A stretch of DNA of 53,590 nucleotides, filler included, from Stramenopiles sp. TOSAG23-2 (taxonomy: Eukaryota), in NCBI GenBank assembly GCA_900128395.1. It is 3 parts of 3 records of this genome, joined end to end, with 100 filler letters (N's around TTAATTAATTAA, not from the genome) between each part and the next. Parts side by side here need not be neighbours in the genome. Positions count along the whole stretch, not along the records: positions 17,904 to 35,700 come from LT649625.1; positions 35,801 to 53,590 come from LT649626.1; 1 more part is not named here. The stretch is one strand, 5' to 3'. Shown piece by piece: positions 34,921-45,758 of this stretch. Position 1 is the first letter of the stretch; every line of letters begins with the position of its first letter. The position numbers and the translations under genes were made by a program. The notes beneath the pieces were generated by a model, which ran no database searches, was not told the DNA's origin, and saw only the letters and a program-made list of their open reading frames with translations.

Positions 34921-35421
34921 AACGCCAACATCCATTATGAATAGTGTTATTTTTTTCATATTTTTTAGTGTTTTTCCACTTTTTAAATAGGATCTTAGGC
35001 TTGGCAGTCTACAAAGGATTATTTTTGTTCTTATTGTAATTAGTATAGACACCTATCAAAATGAAATAATATTTAAGGATTCTCGTCTAAAATGCCTTGA
35101 AAACATAAACGTTCAGAAAAACAACATATATTTCAGATACAAACACATATACAAAAATATATATAGATACATAGACAGATATATTATAGAATATGATTAA
35201 TTTAAATTAGATACTCTATGAGATAATTGTTTATATCATGATTTTTATTATTAATATGTTATATATAATAATAAAAATCCATTTATTGAAGACAACTGTT
35301 TATAAATTAAATAATACAAGATAAAATTGAACAGTTGCAAATGTTATTTATAAGATATATATATACTGCTACTAATAATAATATATGTATAATTAGATGT
35401 TAATTATGAAAATGTAATTGG

Positions 35422-35546
35422 TTATGTATTGTAAAAAGTTATTCAAACTGTCTCCAAATTATTGTTTCATTTGGTAGGAAATAATAAATCCTACCAAACA
35501 AGCTAAAAATTTCCAGACAGTTTGTACAACTTGTTACAAACCATAA
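35422..35546. repeat. ~125-nt imperfect fold-back
   Basis: Nested arms TTATG/CATAA, TTGTAA/TTACAA, AAGTT/AACTT, CAAACTGTCT/AGACAGTTTG and TTTGGTAGGA/TCCTACCAAA. Confidence 0.75.
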
Positions 35547-35700
35547 TAAAGTCTGTGTGTATAAATCTACATTTAAAATTTTCATATCTATATATATACA
35601 TCAATAAATATAAATACTGACATTCTTTGTCAATAAAATAGATATGTAAAAGTTTCTATTAGTGTTCAATGCTATTCCCATACTATTCGCATTCTCAATA

Positions 35701-35800
35701 NNNNNNNNNNNNNNNNNNNNNNNNNNNNNNNNNNNNNNNNNNNNTTAATTAATTAANNNNNNNNNNNNNNNNNNNNNNNNNNNNNNNNNNNNNNNNNNNN
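35701..35800. other. Artificial contig linker
   Basis: N44-TTAATTAATTAA-N44. Confidence 0.97.
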
Positions 35801-36418
35801 CATCCAGCGAGAAGACTTTATTTATTAATTGAAAGATATAAAAGAGAGTTTCCACATGGTACAGTGTATGGAGGCGTACCCACACCTATCGTATGTGCAT
35901 GTCGACACGGACGTATGGATGATGTAGAATTATTTGCGAATCTTCATCCTTATCACAAGTATATTACTAATCGTGATGTGAATGGCTACAGAGATGATAT
36001 GACATTGAAAGATATGGTGAGTCAAGTCGGTAGAATGAGTGGTGGTTGGGAATGTACACCTTTAATGATAGCTGCAAGACACGAACATTTCCAAATAGTT
36101 AAATATTTAATTGAACAAGGTGAAGCTGATCCTAATATTGCAGATAGTGATGGATGGAATGCATTACATTATGCAGCAGAGACTAGCAGTACAAATATTG
36201 AGTTGATTGAATTATTGTTAACTCATATGCCTCTTGCTAGTATTAATAAGAAGGTGAGGTACGGGGGATCCACTCCCCTGGACTTGGCATATACATATAA
36301 TGATAGTCCAATTCGCCAAGAGATCATTGCACTTTTACGTTTAAAAGGTGGAAAAGCAAATTGTCATGATGTAAATGGTAGAAATGTAGGAGATGGTAAT
36401 GGTGATTTAAATCATTAA
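35801..36418 (+). CDS. Ankyrin-repeat protein, 5'-truncated at the contig start
   Basis: The frame is open from 35801. Ankyrin motifs: 'TPLMIAARHEH', 'GWNALHYAA' and 'GSTPLDLA'. Confidence 0.85.
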   Translation, partial: HPARRLYLLIERYKREFPHGTVYGGVPTPIVCACRHGRMDDVELFANLHPYHKYITNRDVNGYRDDMTLKDMVSQVGRMSGGWECTPLMIAARHEHFQIVKYLIEQGEADPNIADSDGWNALHYAAETSSTNIELIELLLTHMPLASINKKVRYGGSTPLDLAYTYNDSPIRQEIIALLRLKGGKANCHDVNGRNVGDGNGDLNH

Positions 36419-36446
36419 AATCACACATTAAAGAGAGAACGCGAAG

Positions 36447-36566
36447 AAGTCCAATTCGCCAAGAGATCATTGCACTTTTACGTTTAAAAGGTGGAAAAGC
36501 AAATGATTTTGATGAAAATGGTAGATATGTAGGAGAAGGTAATGGTGATTTAAATGATTAAAATCA
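36447..36566 (+). pseudogene. Tandem duplicate of the ankyrin gene's last ~37 codons and stop
   Basis: AGTCCAATTCGCCAAGAGATCATTGCAC...GGTGATTTAAAT(C/G)ATTAAAATCA repeats 36304-36423 with several substitutions. Confidence 0.8.
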
Positions 36567-36713
36567 ATAAGAGAGGAGAGTTGTCATATTTTATACATGT
36601 ACATAAAAAACATTTACTTTTAATATTCTTTAATTTAAGCTTTCAATCCCGTCTCTCATCGCTTTAAAATGTTTTTTCTGTAAACACGCGCTACAACAGA
36701 TGTTCTTCTCTTC

Positions 36714-36983
36714 TTATGAAAACGCATTGTATTCCACTTCAGCTGTTATTACATTCCCATGTCTTAGTCGAAATTGATAGATATTTAGACAACAAGACAC
36801 TAAAAACAGTAATGCAAACAATATAATCATAATGACTAAGCCACCCACATCGCAATCGCCATCGAGATCCGGTGCACCATGATCATGCGCTGAATGGTTA
36901 GTACCATCATTATGTGCATGTATCTTAGTAACAACAAGGAAAAAACATAATAAGACAATGAAGATATGATTATTAATATTCAT
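36714..36983 (-). CDS. Small single-pass membrane protein (signal peptide, His/Asp-rich ectodomain)
   Basis: MNINNHIFIVLLCFFLVVTKIHA leader, then HNDGTNHSAHDH, then a TM segment 'GGLVIMIILFALLFLVSCC'. Confidence 0.65.
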   Translation of the reverse strand: MNINNHIFIVLLCFFLVVTKIHAHNDGTNHSAHDHGAPDLDGDCDVGGLVIMIILFALLFLVSCCLNIYQFRLRHGNVITAEVEYNAFS

Positions 36984-37408
36984 TTTGGTGTTAAAATAAT
37001 GATTAATAATATACTGTTGCAAATCCAATATATAATTTGTTCTTTCAAATATATTATATAATTGTATATATATTCTTTATTAATGTTTTTTTTTCGTGAT
37101 ATTAATAATAATATTCTTGAAATAGTATGTTTTCAATTTGTTTTCTTTCTTTTGATATCTTGTTAATATTCTTTTTCTATCTATCTACATATATACTTGT
37201 TGATATAATATATGTTTTTTAGTTCGTTTTAGTTCAATTTTTCAATGTGTTCGAACTATAGAACAAGAATATTTTGATTGTAGTATATAATAGTAATACG
37301 ACATAAGAAAATGAAAAGATAAAGTATATATATTACAAACAAATACTACAAATATAAAATAAAACAAAGTGAAAAGTAAAAAGCTTATAATTTTTATACA
37401 ACAAAAAC

Positions 37409-37846
37409 ATGAGTGAATGGTTTCGTAATACATTACCACAACCAATACGTTTTTTTATCTCTGGTGGCATTGGATCATATTTATTTTATTTATTAAATGA
37501 ACTAATTTTAAAAACTGTATCCATTCCATATCAACCAATCACAGTAGCTTTCTTTATTGCATATTTTATTTCGATTTTTTTACAATATTTTTTACATACA
37601 TATTTAGTCTTTGGTCCAGGTGGTGATTTTATCAAAGGTGTCATCTCATGTTATGCTGGATATTCTACTGCCTTGTTTTCAAGTGCACCAATTAATTATG
37701 GATTAGTAAATTATTTAAATTTCAATGCATCACAAGCATGGTTAGGAAGTTTAATAATAACAGGCGTTGCAAATTATTTTTTATTAACGTTTTTAATGGG
37801 TGGAGAAAAGAAAACAAAAGAAGATGAAGATGCAAAAAGATCATAG
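37409..37846 (+). CDS. GtrA-like small 4-TM membrane protein
   Basis: 'IRFFISGGIGS' and 'LQYFLHTYLVF' match the GtrA/flippase-like pattern; four hydrophobic helices. Confidence 0.7.
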   Translation: MSEWFRNTLPQPIRFFISGGIGSYLFYLLNELILKTVSIPYQPITVAFFIAYFISIFLQYFLHTYLVFGPGGDFIKGVISCYAGYSTALFSSAPINYGLVNYLNFNASQAWLGSLIITGVANYFLLTFLMGGEKKTKEDEDAKRS

Positions 37847-38000
37847 AGAAAAGTATATTGTGTATATAAAATATAACGATTTTTTAACAAACACTATAAA
37901 ACATTATAAAAACTACACTCGTGGTCGCTATTTTACACGCACGCACACGCAATGTGTCTCTCTCTGGCGTATAATCTCTCTCTTTTATTATGCATATTTA

Positions 38001-38840
38001 TTATACACAGGGATACAATAAAAGTGTTGGTATATTTTGAAGAAGATTATTAGTATTTAATGTTTGAATTGCATTATTTATTCTTGTATGAATATGTAAA
38101 TCATTTTTTTCCCAATGTTTCGTTGATGCTTCTTTTGTTTTACCTTGTGTAACTCTACGTACAATAACACGTTCTTTACAAATATCAATTGGTGTATTTA
38201 ATATAATTAAACCATTTAATAATGCTTTGATTTGATCCCAATATGAATTATCATTTGTTAATAAATGTAAACCTTCAAAAAATATAATTTCATGATGTTT
38301 ATCTACACATATTTTATTTTGAACAGGATCATGTAAATTACGATCATATACAGGGAAAAAGATTTTATTTGCTTTCTCATTATTCATTTTCAATTTTGAT
38401 AAATCATTGTAAATAGACTTTACATCGATTGATAATAAATCACCTTTAATTGTACGTAATAATATATCTTTTGTACCTGGAATGAAATTTGAATTTAAAT
38501 ATTCATTTGTGAAATGATATCCATCCATACCAATAGTTATTGCTATATTGGAAGTATTTGTTTCTTCATTATTATTGTTCTGATTATTTAGATGTTTCTC
38601 AATAATTGAACAAAAACTGGATTTTCCAGCACCAGCACCACCAACAACACCTATAATAATTCTTCTCTTATATTTTTGTACATTATTATTATTATTACAA
38701 TTATCCTCCTCCTCATTTCCATGTCTTATTTTTTGTATAAATTCTTGACATTGTTTTAAAAATTTTTCAAAATATTCATTTATTTGTATTTCTTGGGGTA
38801 TTTCATCGATTTTAATGTTATATTTCGTTTGTTTTCTCAT
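38001..38840 (-). CDS. P-loop kinase, uridine kinase/pantothenate kinase/PRK family
   Basis: Walker A 'GGAGAGKS', 'MDGYH', 'FPVYDRNLHDPV' and 'FEGLHLL'. Confidence 0.88.
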   Translation of the reverse strand: MRKQTKYNIKIDEIPQEIQINEYFEKFLKQCQEFIQKIRHGNEEEDNCNNNNNVQKYKRRIIIGVVGGAGAGKSSFCSIIEKHLNNQNNNNEETNTSNIAITIGMDGYHFTNEYLNSNFIPGTKDILLRTIKGDLLSIDVKSIYNDLSKLKMNNEKANKIFFPVYDRNLHDPVQNKICVDKHHEIIFFEGLHLLTNDNSYWDQIKALLNGLIILNTPIDICKERVIVRRVTQGKTKEASTKHWEKNDLHIHTRINNAIQTLNTNNLLQNIPTLLLYPCV

Positions 38841-39308
38841 CCTTCTCTTATTATTATCATCATCCGCAGCGGGGTAATATGATTTATAAATACAATATAT
38901 ATATATATATACTTTTTCTTTTCCGTCACACACACACACACACTCATTTATTTATATATATGTATATGTTTATGTTTTTGCGCTTTGTTTTGTCCTTGGA
39001 GAATTGTATTATATACCTTAAACTAAAGTGAGTTTACCGATTCTATTTAATGCTATATTATGAATAGTTGATGTACCGCTTTAATTAATTTTTACATTGT
39101 ACTTGATTGTATTATTAATACACCTTAATTACGGATGCGCTCCAATGCTATGGCCTTGCTATTCGTTCTTCAACTTACACACATTTTTTTTAATATACTA
39201 CCCTTTTACATCATACATACAGTATATATATAGGTATATATAGATAGATAGATAGATGGGAAAAGAAACAACGACAACGACGATCAACATATAAAAAAAA
39301 AACAAATC

Positions 39309-41768
39309 ATGTCATCGTCATCATCATTAATCACATTAGCGCCAACAATAATAACGGATGGAATATTAGATTCGCAATTTAATTATTGCTATGTATATTT
39401 GTATAATAGAAAATTGCAATATATAAAAGATTTAACGGAGGAGGAAATATTAGCAAAGAAAAAGAAGAAAGCTCTTCAACAATTACAATCATCATCAATA
39501 GAACAGAAAGAAAATAGTATTGATGAAGTTATAGAAGATGAATTGGAAAAAGATGAAGAAGAACATTGTATATACAATATGTTTTTACCACAATATAATA
39601 TTACTATGAATATATTTAAATTAAATATACCAGAAGAACAACAGGATAATACAAATTTAAATCAAACTTCAGAAATTCAATTACCTATGGCACTAGTACA
39701 AGAACAATCAAAGGAAGAAATTCGTAATAATAATAACAATATTAAAAATGACGAAGAACAGGTTACAAATTACATCATAAGATTTATGGAAGGGGAAGAT
39801 GAAGAAACACCATTTAAATTAATTGATTTAGCAAATCATACCAATTCTGCAAATTTCTTTGTTGATATGCGTAAATTTAAAAAAAAATTAATCAAAAAAT
39901 ATGAAAAAATACTTAAAAATGAAATAAAACCAGCATTACAAATTGCATGGAGTGCAGCAAAACATTTACATATTTGTCAAATTAAATCAAAAAGTAAATA
40001 TATACAAAAACATCCATATTATGATTTAAAAACAATTATTGAAGAAGATCCACACAAGGAATATTTAACATCATTGCATGATATGAAACCAAATCGTTGG
40101 CCATATGCTACAATGAAAGATATCATTAAATTGCATAAAAAAGATAAGAAACAAATATTTAAACGTCGATTTGGAAAATTACCTTTACATATTGCTATCT
40201 TGATGGGTGCACCATATGAAATAATATTGGCGGTTTATAAATTAAATGAAGCTGCAATAAAAGAAATTGAATATGAAGATAAATATACAACATTGCATTT
40301 AGCAATATATGCATCTCAAACACGCGAAGTTGTGAAATTTGTATTAGAAAAATGCCCACAAAATATTAAAGTAGAAGATAAATATGGTGAATATCCAATT
40401 CATTTAACACATAATGATGAGACATTGTTTACGTTAGTCGATTATTTCGTTCAAAAACATGATCTTGTATTAAATAATGATAAAAGTAATAGATTAAAAC
40501 AACAGATTGATCAAGTAAATGATGAGAAATTGAAATTAGATATCGATTTAACAAATTTAAATGCTGGATTAGAGTTTTTAAATGGTAAATTAAAGAAATA
40601 TATGGAGAAACAACAGCAACAACAACAAAATGATAATAATGAAAAAAACAAAAAACGAGAAACAAAAATATACAAAATGGAAAATCTAGTACAGACCAAA
40701 GAAAATGAAATTAAAAATACAACTGAAACTTTAAACAAAGCATCAATACAACTTGTGGAATTAAAGGAGAAATTAAAGAAACAAGAAGAATTTGAAGAAG
40801 GTGATTATAGTAAATTAGGTAAATTATTAGGTTGCCATAAAGAAAATAAAAAGGGAGAATTGCCATTATTAACTGCAGTTGCTTTAGGTTCATCAGAAAA
40901 AGCAGTTAATTTATTGTACAATGTTTATAAAAAAGGATTATATGATGTAGATAGATGGGGATATAATGTCATTCATTATGCAACGGAAAAACCGGAAGCA
41001 AATGAATTATTAGATCATTTACTAGATAATTATCCGATTAAACAAAAAGATAATATTGTTGGTAAAGATGGTGAAATTATTAAATTAGGCTATCCATCGA
41101 ATCGTCGCCTTTCCATTGCAAGAAATAAATTAGGTTATAGACCTTTAGATATTGCACGGTTATCTGCTAATCAAGATAGTGGCCTAGCATTAATAATTGA
41201 ACAACGTCGTCAATATATTAAAAAACAAGAAAAATTGATTAAAGTATGTGATAAAAAAATAGCAGATATCAAAACAAAGTTACAATTATTACCAGATGAG
41301 GATAATAATGTTGATAACACATCCATAGTTGCCGAAATGAAAAAAATTCAAGATGTATGGAAACGTCGAAAAAAAAATTATGAAAAAGAAATTAAATATT
41401 TTCAAAATTCAATTGATAATCCTTGTATTAGTTCATCATTATCTATACGTAAATATTGTAAATGTAATGATAAAATACCATGTATCGTACATACAGAGCC
41501 ATCACGAATGTTTAGTATTTGTACAAAACATAATTTTTTAACACAAACAAATTTACCAATACGAATGAATCATAAAGATGGTAGTATTATACCAAATCAA
41601 TATTCTTGTAAATCATGTACACTTGTAAATTTTTTAAAGTATCAACCACATGCACCAATTGCAAAAAAAATAAATAATAATAATAAAAAAGAAGCAGAAA
41701 AACTACCTGATATAAATAATGGTAATAGTAGTCCAAAACAAAAATTTGTTAAAGTAAATAGTTCGTAG
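39309..41768 (+). CDS. Ankyrin-repeat/coiled-coil protein
   Basis: 'GKLPLHIAI', 'TTLHLAI', 'GEYPIHL', 'GELPLLTAV', 'GYNVIHYA' and 'GYRPLDIA', with a Cys-rich tail. Confidence 0.8.
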   Translation: MSSSSSLITLAPTIITDGILDSQFNYCYVYLYNRKLQYIKDLTEEEILAKKKKKALQQLQSSSIEQKENSIDEVIEDELEKDEEEHCIYNMFLPQYNITMNIFKLNIPEEQQDNTNLNQTSEIQLPMALVQEQSKEEIRNNNNNIKNDEEQVTNYIIRFMEGEDEETPFKLIDLANHTNSANFFVDMRKFKKKLIKKYEKILKNEIKPALQIAWSAAKHLHICQIKSKSKYIQKHPYYDLKTIIEEDPHKEYLTSLHDMKPNRWPYATMKDIIKLHKKDKKQIFKRRFGKLPLHIAILMGAPYEIILAVYKLNEAAIKEIEYEDKYTTLHLAIYASQTREVVKFVLEKCPQNIKVEDKYGEYPIHLTHNDETLFTLVDYFVQKHDLVLNNDKSNRLKQQIDQVNDEKLKLDIDLTNLNAGLEFLNGKLKKYMEKQQQQQQNDNNEKNKKRETKIYKMENLVQTKENEIKNTTETLNKASIQLVELKEKLKKQEEFEEGDYSKLGKLLGCHKENKKGELPLLTAVALGSSEKAVNLLYNVYKKGLYDVDRWGYNVIHYATEKPEANELLDHLLDNYPIKQKDNIVGKDGEIIKLGYPSNRRLSIARNKLGYRPLDIARLSANQDSGLALIIEQRRQYIKKQEKLIKVCDKKIADIKTKLQLLPDEDNNVDNTSIVAEMKKIQDVWKRRKKNYEKEIKYFQNSIDNPCISSSLSIRKYCKCNDKIPCIVHTEPSRMFSICTKHNFLTQTNLPIRMNHKDGSIIPNQYSCKSCTLVNFLKYQPHAPIAKKINNNNKKEAEKLPDINNGNSSPKQKFVKVNSS

Positions 41769-42168
41769 AGAGAACGGAGGAGAAGGGGGAAGAGGAAGAG
41801 AATTTTAATTACGAAGTGATATGATATATTGAGAGAGAAGAGAGAGAAAGAGAGAGAATATTTTAATTTAAAAAGACCCCAATATATCAAAAACTCAAAA
41901 TATTCGTAAAAATATTAAATGGTGTGTTATAGTATATATATATATGATATAGTTCGTGTATTTCAATTTTACTGGTGTATACAACAGATAATTTTTAAAA
42001 AGAAGATTATATGGATACTCTCGTAATATTTAAAAACATTTTGTATCATATCATAGATTCACGATTCACACATGTTCGTATTTCGTATTTTTATAATTAA
42101 AACACGACGACAAATAAAATTTTATATTTTTTTATAAAAAAAAGCACATCTGGTCAAATCACACATCA

Positions 42169-43440
42169 TCAACGTGTCATTTCCATTGTATCTGGCGCAC
42201 CAATAAAATCCGTCGTACCATCGTAACCTACGTTTCGGATACCTCTACCTATTTGACTTAATGTACAAAAATGACAACAACATGAAGCACAGTAATCTAC
42301 AACCCATGGTTCCTTCGGTAAACCAACTAATTCACGAAATTTTGCCCGTTGCCATGTTAACATCAGCATTGGACCACAGACTGGTATGACACAACTACAT
42401 GCATAACATAGGCAACATAAAAATCCCATATCATTACGTTCATCGATATACCTTTCATTACAACCATATTGTATACATGGCATGAAAAATGAACATACAC
42501 ATATATCAGCTTCTTTATAAAATCCTACTAAATCAAACGAATCATCCATAGTTTCTGCACCAGGGTTATTTCGTGATTTGATGGGTCTACCTTCATATTC
42601 CCATGGAAAAGCACATGGTTTGCACCACCATTTTCCACATTCACACAAACTACATTTTTCTACCATAAAATCTAACATTTTACTTGTCACTTGATCATAT
42701 CTAGCAGCAGCTGCTTCTGCTTTTTTCGCAGCTTCCCTTGCAGCAATTTCCGCTTGTGCTCTCCTACCCATCATAAATGGTGTTTTTTCATCACCATCCT
42801 CATCATCTCCTTTTTTTCTACGTTTTACAGCAGATGCTAATCCTGCTTGTACACCACCCATCACTGCATTGCCTTGAGGGCTTCTACTACCACCACCAAA
42901 TCCACCTGCACCTAATCCTCCTAAACCAGCTAATTGATTTCCACCACCAGCCCGTTTTGCTTTGAACGCTTCTAACTTTGCTTGTTTCTCCGCTTTTGCA
43001 CGTTTTTCCGCTCTTTTCTTTTCTTTATCTAACGCTTTGTATTTATCTGGATTTTGTTTTCTATCCCAATCAATCCATTCTTGGGGTGGGTCCCACACCG
43101 TTTCAAACGTCGTTGTATGATAATAATAATTTTGCTGGCTATGTGGGTCTAATGTTGCTACCCAATCGCATCCACTTTCATTTGGATGTGCTGCTAACTG
43201 TTTCATAGAACGTCTTTTTCTTAATTCACCACGTGCAACTTTTGCACGATAATTTCTTTGTATCATTTTCGTTGCTTTTAACATTTTTAAGCCATCGCCA
43301 ACAGACAATGCACCTTCATCCTCATCTTTAAAGTTCGCTGGCCTATCCCAAGACGTTTCATATGTTACAACATTATAATAGTAATATGCTTTACTACCTG
43401 GATCGAATACTTTGGCCCATTGGTTTTCTTCTTCCGACAT
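42169..43440 (-). CDS. WW-IQ-WW-PLAC8 domain protein
   Basis: WW1 'WAKVFDPGSKAYYYYNVVTYETSWDRP', IQ 'IQRNYRAKVAR', WW2 'WVATLDPHSQQNYYYHTTTFETVWDPP' and PLAC8 'CVCSFFMPCIQYG...RAKFRELVGL...DYCASCCCHFCTLSQ'. Confidence 0.85.
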   Translation of the reverse strand: MSEEENQWAKVFDPGSKAYYYYNVVTYETSWDRPANFKDEDEGALSVGDGLKMLKATKMIQRNYRAKVARGELRKRRSMKQLAAHPNESGCDWVATLDPHSQQNYYYHTTTFETVWDPPQEWIDWDRKQNPDKYKALDKEKKRAEKRAKAEKQAKLEAFKAKRAGGGNQLAGLGGLGAGGFGGGSRSPQGNAVMGGVQAGLASAVKRRKKGDDEDGDEKTPFMMGRRAQAEIAAREAAKKAEAAAARYDQVTSKMLDFMVEKCSLCECGKWWCKPCAFPWEYEGRPIKSRNNPGAETMDDSFDLVGFYKEADICVCSFFMPCIQYGCNERYIDERNDMGFLCCLCYACSCVIPVCGPMLMLTWQRAKFRELVGLPKEPWVVDYCASCCCHFCTLSQIGRGIRNVGYDGTTDFIGAPDTMEMTR

Positions 43441-43858
43441 AACTAAACTAAAAAGAAAAGAAAAAAACAAAATTTATATAGTAATTAACGAAAAAAATAA
43501 AATAAATATTATTATATATATATATATATATATGTAATATTTGACTGATTGATATATCACACTTTTCCTGAATTATATCTATCTCTATCTAGATACAATC
43601 TTAAACAATGTATATATATATATTATCTTTAGTTCTCCTGAAGAAGAACAACAAACAACAACAAGGCCGATGGATCAATTCTATTTATTTATTAATAATA
43701 ACGTTGTATTTTTTGTGTCCGTCGTGATGATTGGCCTTTTTTTCTATTTTAACGGCAGCAGAGGGATTTCGGATCAATGATAATCGGTGCTAGTATATAT
43801 ATTAAGGTATTTTGAATCTTCTCGCCCATCGTAGTAGTATTCACCTGCTAGCTGGTTA

Positions 43859-44015
43859 TCGAAACATCTTGGGCCATTTCGCCTATAAGCGTAACTTTCT
43901 GTAGTCTTATCTTTACTATAGACATAGCAAAGGAAAGATAAATTTTATATTTGTTAGTAGTGCTGTTATGATGCTAACAAGTATAAGAAAGTGGGAACAG
44001 TCCGAGATGTTTCGA
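43859..44015. repeat. Nested inverted-repeat element
   Basis: Outer arms TCGAAACATCTTGGGC / GTCCGAGATGTTTCGA; inner arms ACTTTCT/AGAAAGT and TTATCTTT/AAAGATAA. Confidence 0.6.
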
Positions 44016-44494
44016 GTTTCGAGATCTAATTTATATATATAGCATTACTTAGAATACACCAAGTAGACGAATACCAATTATTGTCATGTAAATAATATAC
44101 AGTAGTGGTGAGTGATGGTATGCACCTTGTAGCTAATGTTCATACTGTAATAGCATTATATAGCATCAAGGAAAAATTTCTGAAATCGCATTCCTTAGCA
44201 TTCCTACTTTTTAAAATTGGAATCTTAGTATACAAATATATATAGTTAATATATTTTTAAAAAAGTATTATTGTATAGATGTATTTATGAAATAAGTTAT
44301 AGTTAGATAGATAAACATGATGACTTATAAATTATATGGTACTCACCAGAAAAAAATCAAAAAACGTTTTACAATCTCAAAAAAGTATTTATAATTCAAA
44401 ATTAATAAAAATAATTAAATATATAATAAATAATAGGCTATTCTTTTTTTTTTTTCTTTTCGTATTTCTTCTAATAATAATAATAATACAAAAT

Positions 44495-45478
44495 ATGGCA
44501 ACATTTAATATTCCACATTTAGATAATGTCATATTTTATTTAGGTTGTTTTATGTTATTTAAAATTTGTGTATATTTATTATCTGTAATAGCACGTGTAT
44601 TGTATGCAGGGCCAAATATGAAAAAAAGATACCCAGAGAACGCATACGCTGTCATCACTGGCGGCAACCGGGGCATTGGGAAAGGATATGCTGAACAATT
44701 TGCAAAACAAGGATTAAATTTACTTTTAATAGCACGTACTTTAAAAAGTACAGATCCAAAAAAAAAAGGTGAAACTTTAATGGATGCGAAAGAAGAACTG
44801 GAAAAAAAATATAATGTGGATGTTCGTGTCCATCAAGCTGACATTGGGGTGTGGGATAAAAACACTTGGAGTGATATTACAGAGCAATTGCGCGATCTTA
44901 ATGTTGCCGTTCTTGTGAACAATGCAGGCATTTCATATGAAAGTGCAATGTATTTCACAGAAGTTGATACGAACCGTATCGATGTGTTGATTGGATTAAA
45001 TGTTATGGCATTAACACGTATGACACGTATTGTTTTGGATCAATGGGAGGAAAATAATGAAAAAGGTGATATTATTAATGTCACTTCATATGCTGGTGTA
45101 GGTCCTGCTGGGGATCCATTATATGCTGTATATAGTGGTACAAAAGCATATGTTAACTTTTTCTCACGTTCATTGCATTATGAATTGAAAAGTAAAGGTA
45201 TAAATGTTGAATGCCATGTACCACACTTTGTTACATCACGTATGTCCAGAATACGACGTGCAAATATTATGGTACCATCTGAAAAAACTTGGGCAAAAGC
45301 TGCTGTGCAAAATATTGGTCGTCCATTTGCTGGGCCATTAATAACACCATATTGGTTCCATGCGTTTTGTGAATTCTTAATTGATGCATTACCAAATATG
45401 TTTATTGTGAATTATTTATTATCACATCATCATGCTGTTAGGAAACATTACTTGAAAAAAAAACAAAAGAAAAATTAA
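44495..45478 (+). CDS. Very-long-chain 3-oxoacyl-CoA reductase (KCR/HSD17B12-like SDR)
   Basis: 'AVITGGNRGIG', 'LVNNAGISY', catalytic 'YSGTK', 'FSRSLHYE' and an N-terminal TM segment. Confidence 0.9.
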   Translation: MATFNIPHLDNVIFYLGCFMLFKICVYLLSVIARVLYAGPNMKKRYPENAYAVITGGNRGIGKGYAEQFAKQGLNLLLIARTLKSTDPKKKGETLMDAKEELEKKYNVDVRVHQADIGVWDKNTWSDITEQLRDLNVAVLVNNAGISYESAMYFTEVDTNRIDVLIGLNVMALTRMTRIVLDQWEENNEKGDIINVTSYAGVGPAGDPLYAVYSGTKAYVNFFSRSLHYELKSKGINVECHVPHFVTSRMSRIRRANIMVPSEKTWAKAAVQNIGRPFAGPLITPYWFHAFCEFLIDALPNMFIVNYLLSHHHAVRKHYLKKKQKKN

Positions 45479-45758
45479 AAAATTCTACAAGGTGACAGAG
45501 AGTAAAGCGAGGAGAAGAGGAGAGATTTCTAAGAAGTGTAGGGTGTAGGCCACAGTATTTTACAAATGGCGAGATCTCGTAAAATACGAAAAAATGTACA
45601 CACACAGTGTGTACCAATGTGATGTGTGTAGTAAAACACATATTTTTTAATTTTATCACAAAAATTATTAAATTATTTTTAGTAAAAAATTATTTTTTTT
45701 TATTTTTTCGTCAATCAGTAACTATCATACGGACATTACTCCCCTCTCAAATAATTTC

